Shown here piece by piece: positions 47,235-54,201 of a stretch of 54,201 bases of DNA; position 1 is the first letter of the stretch, and every line of letters starts with the position of its first letter. The translations under genes were made by a program, and so were the position numbers. The notes beneath the pieces were generated by a model. That model saw only the letters and a list, made by a program, of their open reading frames with translations, was not told the DNA's origin and made no database searches. Location: positions 1 through 54,201 of the forward strand of contig JBJOHR010000074.1 in the NCBI GenBank assembly GCA_046047575.1. Direction: 5' to 3'. This DNA is from Bacteroidota bacterium (GTDB lineage: Bacteria > Bacteroidota > Bacteroidia > UBA10329).

Positions 47235-49490
47235 TTATTGCAATCTTATGGCCTTCTTCACCCATTCCACGCCATCAACCGTAAGAATGTAGAAATACAT
47301 ACCGTTGGGAATGTCCTTGCTATCCCACTCCACTTTGTACTCGCCTTTGCGCTGTTGCTGGCGGACCACATTATCTATGAATACACCTTCCATGTTGTAG
47401 ATGTTCAGTTCCACTTGGCCCGAAGTGCCCAGGGTGTAGGTAAAGGTGGTTACCTGACGGAACGGATTGGGTTGGTTCTGGTGCAATTCTGTTCTGCCAT
47501 TTTCCAACTCTCCAACAACACCAACTTGGACATCCATCACAGGTTCAGTTGCTGGTGTTGCAGATAGAGCTCCTAGCTTGAGCTTTATGGTTTCTATTTC
47601 CTTTTCAATAGCGCTTAAACGCGCCACCTCTTCTTCCAAGGTTTTAATGCGTACTTCCTTTTCTTCGACTATTACCTGTTGTTCTTGAATGGCTGATATT
47701 GTAAAAGGAATAAGCTCCATGTAATTAATCCCTTTATACTCAAACTGCTCGTTTAACAACTCCCCTTCCTGATTATACCTCGCTGGATGAACAATATCAT
47801 CCACAAGTTGAGGTAAAACATTTTCAACCTCTTGAGCAATTAGACCGTAATGAAGACCTCGGTCTAGGTTCAAAAATGCATATTTATCTACTTGGTACTC
47901 ATAGGACTTTGGGGCTAGCTGCATCACAATATTCAAACCTGAAAGTCTTTCTACATTCTTCTTCAGCTTTTGATCTGAAGATTGTGTCCAAGTTCCTGTG
48001 TAAACGCCATTTCCTGAAAAGTAAGCTGCATAATTGTTTGTTGCGCCTGTAGCGGTTGCCCATACTCCGTATGAATTAGCCGTGTTTGTATTGTTTGGAG
48101 ATTCAGCAACAAAATATCCTCCATAGTTATCAGTTTCTGCATCAACTCCAATCCCTTCTACTCCTTTCGTGTCACCCTGCCATGATGCGGATCCGGCATT
48201 TATCGCTCTGCCATAAACACCCACACACGATTTTGCATCGCCATCAGCATTTCCATATACTCCAACATTTTTATGATCCTGAATATCGGATTCTGCATTT
48301 GCGGCTACCGCATAGTTAGTCCTCGTGCCAGATGCCGTATTTTCTATTTCTGCAGCTACTCCTATGATAATTGATTCTGATGAACTTCCAGAGTAAGTTG
48401 CACTTACCACCCTCGTAAAGTCATCATTCTCACATTCAAACAACCCCGTAATTTCTTCAGCATTATTAACCACATGGAATCGCTCGGTTGGACTAGTGGT
48501 GCCGATACCCACATTTGTGTCCTCACCAGCTCCGGCACCATTGGTACTGGCAATGGAACCTAGCACCAAACTGTTCGATGCAGTGACATAGGCATGCGAA
48601 CCGATGGCCGAAGCGTTGGTGATGGTGGCAGAACCATCGGCCAATGCCCCTAAGTAGGTGTTGTCATTTCCGGTTGTATTGGCGTCTCCGGCCTCCCTGC
48701 CAACAAAGGTGTTCCTCACGCCCGTGGTGGTAAGTTCTGCTGCTTTCATGCCCACAGCCGTATTGCTGCCCCCGGTAAGCACCCTTGCCGCATCGCAGCC
48801 CACCACCACATTGTCAGCTCCAGTGGTCAGCGATTCTCCTGTGCGGAAGCCTATGAGCGTGTTCTGACTGGCAGTGGTTGCCGACTGACCTGACAGTGCC
48901 CCGAAAAAAGTGTTGCATGAGCCAGTGGTGCTTGCCAGACCGCTTGACGAACCCACAAAGGCGTTGTTGTTGCCTGTTGTTACGGCCGTGCCCGCCCTGT
49001 AACCGATGAATGTGCAATTGTCAGAATCCGTAAGGGCATCGCCTGCTTCCGAACCTATGAGGGTGTTACGGTCTCCGCCTGTCAAGGAGAGCCCTGCATT
49101 GAACCCTATCAGGATGTTGTCCTCAGCGCCCCCTGTCAGTGCGTTCAGATCATTTTGCACCCCGAAGGCCACATTTCCGTTGGCATCTCTCCAGACCATG
49201 TTGTTGTCTCCTATTCTTATTATGCCATCCTCCAGGTTGAGATCGCCTGTGCCGAGTTCTAAAAGTTCTCCAGGGGTTGAGGTGCCGATGCCGAGGTTGC
49301 CGCTGGCATCGAGGCGCATTTTTTCAACATTATCGGTCCAAAATTCCAGATCCATTGTGTTGGTAGTTCCAAGAAAGTAACCCGAACTGATGCTGTTACC
49401 TGATGTATTCCAATCTGGTGTCTGTGACAATAGACTGACGGGCAATAAGAGGAAGCTAAGAATGAGTCGATTAAGATGTGAGGTTTTCAA
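47235..49490 (-). CDS. Secreted tail-fibre/YadA-head-like repeat protein with peptidase S74 intramolecular-chaperone domain and T9SS C-terminal sorting domain
   Basis: Signal peptide (TTG start). Repeats of about 14 aa: NT(F/L)(I/V)G..AG...TTG. SSDQKLKKNV...GLHYGLIAQEVENVLPQLV is S74-like, followed by a coiled coil. C-terminus QNQPNPF...NGMYFYIL... Confidence 0.8.
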   Translation of the reverse strand: MKTSHLNRLILSFLLLPVSLLSQTPDWNTSGNSISSGYFLGTTNTMDLEFWTDNVEKMRLDASGNLGIGTSTPGELLELGTGDLNLEDGIIRIGDNNMVWRDANGNVAFGVQNDLNALTGGAEDNILIGFNAGLSLTGGDRNTLIGSEAGDALTDSDNCTFIGYRAGTAVTTGNNNAFVGSSSGLASTTGSCNTFFGALSGQSATTASQNTLIGFRTGESLTTGADNVVVGCDAARVLTGGSNTAVGMKAAELTTTGVRNTFVGREAGDANTTGNDNTYLGALADGSATITNASAIGSHAYVTASNSLVLGSIASTNGAGAGEDTNVGIGTTSPTERFHVVNNAEEITGLFECENDDFTRVVSATYSGSSSESIIIGVAAEIENTASGTRTNYAVAANAESDIQDHKNVGVYGNADGDAKSCVGVYGRAINAGSASWQGDTKGVEGIGVDAETDNYGGYFVAESPNNTNTANSYGVWATATGATNNYAAYFSGNGVYTGTWTQSSDQKLKKNVERLSGLNIVMQLAPKSYEYQVDKYAFLNLDRGLHYGLIAQEVENVLPQLVDDIVHPARYNQEGELLNEQFEYKGINYMELIPFTISAIQEQQVIVEEKEVRIKTLEEEVARLSAIEKEIETIKLKLGALSATPATEPVMDVQVGVVGELENGRTELHQNQPNPFRQVTTFTYTLGTSGQVELNIYNMEGVFIDNVVRQQQRKGEYKVEWDSKDIPNGMYFYILTVDGVEWVKKAIRLQ

Positions 49491-49494
49491 GGCA

Positions 49495-50957
49495 TTAAAG
49501 TTTAGTTAGTACTGATTGGATTTGCTCGTTAGTAGTGAAAATTGAGACGAAATAAATACCTGATGGAAGACCTTTCAAGCTGAGATTGATGAGCGGTTGA
49601 GGTCTAACGGGCATATACTCCATGACCATTCACCCAATTGGTTTGTCAACCGAAGCCGAACTATAGGGTCAATGGCTTCGACCGTCACCATATCCGTTGC
49701 AGGTATTGGAAATGCTTTCACAAGACTTTTCGAATTCGAGTCTTCCATGCCATTACGCAAACATGAATACGCGAAAGGTTCGGTATTAAAATAGCTTTCA
49801 GGAAAGTTTGGCAGCCCTGAACCACTGGCAGAACCACTCAAGTAAATAGCATTATGAACATAATTGCATCCTTGCCCTCTTACATCTGGGTTCTCTATTC
49901 GTGCTACATATATATTCTGAGGTGCTCCACCCTGTGCCCCATATATTTTCCCATCCATGGCCAATTGCAAATAGAATGGCATCTGTACAGGGTCTTCCCA
50001 GATGTACATTATCGAGCTATCTACAGCCAAAGAATCCCAAATGGCGAGATCGTATTGGACCAATTTACCCGTGCCAGTACTGAGATATAATAGTTCATTA
50101 TTCGGTGAAAATGAAAGTCCATTTACATGTGATGGGCATTCTATTTCCAATGGATTTAACAGATATCCCCCCATTTTGTCGAATTCAAAAAGATAAAGCC
50201 TCGGGGCTAATGTGCCATTGACAGTTATCCTTCCTGCCGCAAAGGCGACTTTAGAACCGTTGTTTGAAAATTTTGCAACACATTGAACCTGATTGACAGT
50301 TTCTCCAAACGGAACTATTGAATATGAAACAACCCCTGTTGAGTCCACACTGTAAAGCAGAAACTCATTTGATTCGTATTTGTGAGCTAGCATCCAATAC
50401 CCTTGACCATTGCATTTATGTACAGAGCACATAGCTTCGGTTACATGAGTTATCAATGGAATGTCATTATTCCCTTGCGCCACAAAGAGTCCGGTAGACC
50501 CTTGACCCACTTCAATAAAATCGTACTCAAGATCAATTTCAACCACGGGGCCATCGGATTTCATCCTGAACAGAAAGTATTGATCGAGCGTTCCATTGCT
50601 GACGGGCAACACAAGAGAACCTTGAATTCGATCGGCACCACCAACAAAATTTTCGGTACCTGATATAGTATCGTTCTGGCCATCATACCAAGCTCCGATG
50701 CCGTGTCCACCATACGCAAGTAATGCACCAAGTGAAGTAGACGTTGAAGAATACCCCTCTGCTCCAAGATTATGGGAATCTGTAAACACGGTTGGACCAG
50801 ATGGAGTAAACTCCAACCTTGGAGCATCAACCGTATTCAAACCTGTGTCAAACCCAAAACACCAATTTTTGGTTCTGAGAATCTCATCAGCAGGGTTCTG
50901 GCCGTTGGCGGCCAAAAAGAAAGACGAAAAGAAGAAAAAGGGTAAAAGGTGTTTCAT
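49495..50957 (-). CDS. Secreted protein with T9SS C-terminal sorting domain, interrupted by a 1-nt frameshift near 49629
   Basis: Signal peptide MKHLLPFFFFSSFFLAANGQ. The tracked ORF stops at 49575. In the adjacent frame the sequence continues MVMEYMPVRPQPLINLSLKGLPSGIYFVSIFTTNEQIQSVLTKL*, with the stop at 49495-49497. Confidence 0.7.
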
Positions 50958-51019
50958 GTGGTCAGAAGATGTTTTTCAGTTCTCAAAAGTTACGGATTTC
51001 TATTCTTTATTGCTCATTA

Positions 51020-51175
51020 CTAATTCCTCATTGGAAAATCGGCATGCACACCGAAGGCCACATTGCTGTTGGCATCTCTCCAGACCATGCTGGCATCCCC
51101 TATGCGGATGATGCCATCCTCCAGGTTGAGGTCGCCTGTGCCGAGTTCCAGAAGATGGGCGGGGCTTAACGTTTG
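51020..51175 (-). pseudogene. Fragment paralogous to the N-terminal region of the 47235-49490 gene
   Basis: It translates to LLELGTGDLNLEDGIIRIGDASMVWRDANSNVAFG, against LLELGTGDLNLEDGIIRIGDNNMVWRDANGNVAFG in the intact gene. It has no start codon and a stop at 51020. Confidence 0.75.
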
Positions 51176-51335
51176 CGAGATACTGCTGCTTTAAAAGGCA
51201 GATTGGAAAAAGAAATATCACCCCGGCCGTACCGTGAAGGCCGTGGTCAAAAGCACAGACCGCAGCTATGGGGTTGTGACCATCGTTGCGGGCGAAGGCT
51301 GGACAGTGAAGCGGAAGAATTGAAGAGCACAAACG

Positions 51336-51358
51336 AAAAAAGGCGGCAATTGCCGCCC
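51336..51358 (-). terminator. Rho-independent terminator after recQ (second copy of the 47187 module)
   Basis: The same GGCGGCAATTGCCGCC palindrome plus T-run, 26 nt after the recQ stop. Confidence 0.85.
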
Positions 51359-51383
51359 TTCTTCTATCCTAAAACAAACAAGA

Positions 51384-53591
51384 TCAATGCCCGAACTCTG
51401 AGATGAATTTGATCCTGACCAGACGGATCTCCTCTTCGGTGTAATCATCTTCGCCCAGTTCCTTTAAGGCCTCTTCAATACTATCTGTTTCGGCCTCTTC
51501 CTGAAAATACTCATAGATCTCGTCCTGCTTGTCTTCGTCAACCGTGTCGTCTATGTAATAATCGATGTTCACCTTAGTGCCCGAACTTACAATGTGTTCA
51601 ATCTCTGTTAGCAGATCATCCATGCTCATGCCTTTGGCATCGGCAATGTCTTCAAGATCCAATTTTCGATCGATGCTCTGAATGATATACACCTTATTGC
51701 TGGATTTCTTCACAACCGTCTTCACGATCATGTCCTGCTCGCGCTCTATTTCGTTCTCCTCTACATATTCCTTAATGAGTTCCAAGAACGGTTCTCCATA
51801 CTTTTTCGCCTTGCCAGCACCAACGCCTGAGATATCCGTCAACTCGTCCATGGTGATCGGATACCGGAAGGCCATGTCTTCTAAAGAAGGGTCTTGGAAT
51901 ATGACGAAGGGTGGTAAATTCTCTTCCTTGGAAATATCCTTCCGAAGATCTTTCAGCATTTTGAGCAGCACATCGTCTGCTGCACCGCCACCTTTCATGG
52001 CGCCCATCGGCATGGCATCTTCTGCCTCTGTTGCGGCCTCGTAATCGTGGTCAATCGTCATTTTGAATGACGTAGGGTTCTTTAAGAACGCATACCCGGC
52101 ATCTGTTACTTTCAGCAGGCCATAATTCTCAATGTCCTTGGCCAGATAACCATGGATAACCGCTTGCCGAACCAGTGATTGCCAGTAACGCTCACCTTTA
52201 TCCGAGCCTTGTCCGTACGCATCCAAGGTATCGTGCTTGTAAGATTTGATCTGCGATGAGTTGACACCCAGGATCACGTTTATCAAATGCTTGGACTTGA
52301 ATTTCTCTTTAATGTCGAGAACGGTCTGAATCACCAATTCAAGCTGTTCCTGAGCCTCTTCCTGTTTCTTAGGGTGCTCACAATTGTCGCAATGCTCGTT
52401 GCAGTTCTTTGCGTCAAATTCTTCCCCGAAATAATGCAGAATGAATTTTCTTCTGCATACTGACGTTTCTACGTAAGATACTACCTCATTCAGCAGTTGC
52501 TTACCGATCTCTTGCTCAGATATCGGCTTTCCCTGCATGAATTTTTCCAATTTGGTAATGTCATCGTAGCTGTAAAACGCAAGGCAGACCCCTTCACCGC
52601 CATCTCGACCCGCCCGGCCCGTTTCCTGATAGTAACCCTCCAAACTCTTGGGAATGTCATGGTGAATCACAAAACGAACGTCCGGTTTGTCTATTCCCAT
52701 GCCGAATGCAATGGTGGCACAGATCACATCTGCTTCTTCCATCAGAAAGGCGTCCTGATGCTTGGCTCTGGTGGCAGCATCCAGTCCTGCATGGTAAGGC
52801 AATGCTTTAATGCCATTAACCTGCAACGTTTCTGCCATTTCTTCCACTTTTTTGCGGCTTAGGCAGTATACAATTCCCGACTTGCCCTCATTCTGCTTGA
52901 TGAATTTTATCATGTCGCGGGCAACGTTCTTGCTCTTTGGCCTTATCTCGTAGTAAAGATTGTCTCTGTTGAATGACGATTTGAACACCCTTGCATCGGT
53001 CATTCCAAGATTCTTCTGAATGTCTTGCTGCACTTTTGGTGTGGCGGTAGCCGTCAGCGCCATAACCGGCACGTTACTGATGGCCTCGATCATCGGTCGA
53101 AGTTTCCTGTATTCCGGACGGAAGTCATGACCCCATTCTGATATACAATGTGCCTCGTCAATGGCCACCAGTGATATATTGACATCTTTGAAGAAATCGA
53201 TATTCTCTTGCTTGTTGAGCGATTCGGGTGCTACATACAGCAATTTGGTCAGTCCGTTCTTTATATCGGCACGGACCCTCTCAGCCTCGCTTTTGTTGAG
53301 TGACGAATTGAGAAAGTGGGCAATGCCGTGTTCAGATCCGAAACCTCGAATGGCATCCACTTGATTCTTCATGAGTGCAATAAGAGGTGATACAATGATG
53401 GCAGTGCCTTCTGACAACAGTGCCGGCAATTGGTAACAAAGCGATTTGCCACCTCCCGTTGGCATGATCACAAACGTGTCCTTGCCTTCCAATACATTTC
53501 TGATGATCGCCTCTTGCTCTCCTTTAAACTTGTTGAACCCAAAATGCCGCTTCAGCGCATCCTTCAGCTCTGTTCCTACTTCAATTTCCAT
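51384..53591 (-). CDS. recQ: ATP-dependent DNA helicase RecQ
   Basis: MPTGGGKSLCYQLPA, DEAHCISEWGHDFRP, the zinc-binding/RQC region and a C-terminal HRDC domain. Confidence 0.96.
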   Translation of the reverse strand: MEIEVGTELKDALKRHFGFNKFKGEQEAIIRNVLEGKDTFVIMPTGGGKSLCYQLPALLSEGTAIIVSPLIALMKNQVDAIRGFGSEHGIAHFLNSSLNKSEAERVRADIKNGLTKLLYVAPESLNKQENIDFFKDVNISLVAIDEAHCISEWGHDFRPEYRKLRPMIEAISNVPVMALTATATPKVQQDIQKNLGMTDARVFKSSFNRDNLYYEIRPKSKNVARDMIKFIKQNEGKSGIVYCLSRKKVEEMAETLQVNGIKALPYHAGLDAATRAKHQDAFLMEEADVICATIAFGMGIDKPDVRFVIHHDIPKSLEGYYQETGRAGRDGGEGVCLAFYSYDDITKLEKFMQGKPISEQEIGKQLLNEVVSYVETSVCRRKFILHYFGEEFDAKNCNEHCDNCEHPKKQEEAQEQLELVIQTVLDIKEKFKSKHLINVILGVNSSQIKSYKHDTLDAYGQGSDKGERYWQSLVRQAVIHGYLAKDIENYGLLKVTDAGYAFLKNPTSFKMTIDHDYEAATEAEDAMPMGAMKGGGAADDVLLKMLKDLRKDISKEENLPPFVIFQDPSLEDMAFRYPITMDELTDISGVGAGKAKKYGEPFLELIKEYVEENEIEREQDMIVKTVVKKSSNKVYIIQSIDRKLDLEDIADAKGMSMDDLLTEIEHIVSSGTKVNIDYYIDDTVDEDKQDEIYEYFQEEAETDSIEEALKELGEDDYTEEEIRLVRIKFISEFGH

Positions 53592-53788
53592 TCAATTTTT
53601 CCCTTGTAGACTAAAGATAGGGATTTGCTTTAGTGTGCAAAGCCCTTTTTTTGGATTTTATCCTATTCGACAGATAACCACTACCAACTGCTGATTTTTG
53701 TCTTTGAAATCGCGCGCAAAGAACTGCAACAATCCCTCCAAAAGTTCAAGCCCGAACGCTTGAAATACCAAATATTGTCTTCATCGGA

Positions 53789-54187
53789 CTATTTGCTCTT
53801 CATTTCCGATAGCGACCAATTCAGATTATTACGTGCCCGTTCAAAATCGGGGTCTATTTCCAACGCTTTTCTGCACGCTACCGCGGCCTTTTCCCATTGT
53901 CTCATAGCGTTGTATGCGCTACAAATGTTGTTGTAAGCTATGGCGTTTTGGGGATCGAGGTTCAGCGCTTGTTGGCACGAGGCAATACACGCGTCAAAAT
54001 CTTTCAGGTTGTACTGCATCAAACTCAAATTGATGTAATTGTCGGCAGTTGGAGACTTTTTTACAAGCTCCAACTGTGCTAATAGCTTTTCCTCTGGCGT
54101 AAGAACTTGGTGCTTAAGTTGATCTCGGAGCTGGTTGATGCTGATGTGCTTCGGGCTCAATTCGTGACCCTTAGATAGAAGTTCCAT
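53789..54187 (-). CDS. TPR-repeat protein
   Basis: 132-aa ORF with TPR consensus (A..Y.N...AY......A...KALE.DP). The start lies close to the window edge and may be further upstream. Confidence 0.6.
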   Translation of the reverse strand: MELLSKGHELSPKHISINQLRDQLKHQVLTPEEKLLAQLELVKKSPTADNYINLSLMQYNLKDFDACIASCQQALNLDPQNAIAYNNICSAYNAMRQWEKAAVACRKALEIDPDFERARNNLNWSLSEMKSK

Positions 54188-54201
54188 AGCTCTATCAAGT
54201 T

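Noticed and set aside
47235-50957. The T9SS cargo pair as a polymorphic toxin/immunity or contractile-injection-type system
   Set aside because: I recognised no toxin domain, immunity gene, or baseplate, sheath or tube genes. Only an adhesin/tail-fibre-like protein and an uncharacterised secreted protein are present.
1-54201. Search for tRNA, rRNA, tmRNA, riboswitches, integrases, transposases, prophage or defence islands
   Set aside because: The intergenic regions are short (mostly under 200 bp). None showed cloverleaf-type or other known RNA signatures by eye, and no ORF carries recombinase, transposase, nuclease-helicase or other defence-type motifs. A covariance-model scan (Infernal/Rfam, tRNAscan) would be needed to exclude small RNAs formally.

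Overview
The gene content (gldB, gldC, gldD, gldE, many T9SS C-terminal sorting domains, TAnnTTTG-type promoter boxes) points to a Bacteroidota, probably Flavobacteriia-like, chromosomal segment. Most of it is core housekeeping. The centre is a complete minus-strand dcw cluster: mraZ-rsmH-ftsL-ftsI-murE-mraY-murD-[insert]-ftsW-murG-murC-ftsQ-ftsA-ftsZ (7.2-24.1 kb). Flanking it are a GT2/GT2/GT-C-methyltransferase glycan operon (1-3.9 kb), gldB-gldC, nadE, korAB, an mrp-nifU Fe-S pair, trmB, rng, HU, mutY-ssb-gldE-gldD, ctaA, recQ and several T9SS cargo genes. I found no rRNA, tRNA, CRISPR array, integrase, transposase or recognisable defence or toxin system, so I cannot point to a clear novel multi-gene system. 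The unusual signals are smaller. (1) murD and ftsW are separated by an intact ORF encoding only a MurD C-terminal domain, plus a four-helix-bundle (23S-IVS/Avd-family) gene bracketed by inverted heptamer tracts. (2) A roughly 330 bp heptad-phased tract upstream of mrp has a core of four 21-bp units, in which CGGAA and TTCCG pentamers alternate about once per helical turn. It sits next to an orphan T9SS sorting-domain fragment. (3) A short inverted-repeat element (TAACCGCAAAG termini) lies between korA and korB, and a related arm supplies the 3' end of another CDS. (4) A GC-rich palindromic insert sits in frame inside a membrane glycosyltransferase. (5) Two mirror-image triplets of GTGGT boxes at 10-bp spacing lie between mraZ and a divergent hydrolase gene. 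(6) A 30-aa highly basic ORF is missing from the ORF track. (7) A 1-nt frameshift splits a T9SS sorting domain, and a paralogous gene fragment and a duplicated terminator module lie downstream of recQ. All functional calls come from motif recognition by eye; no database search was run.
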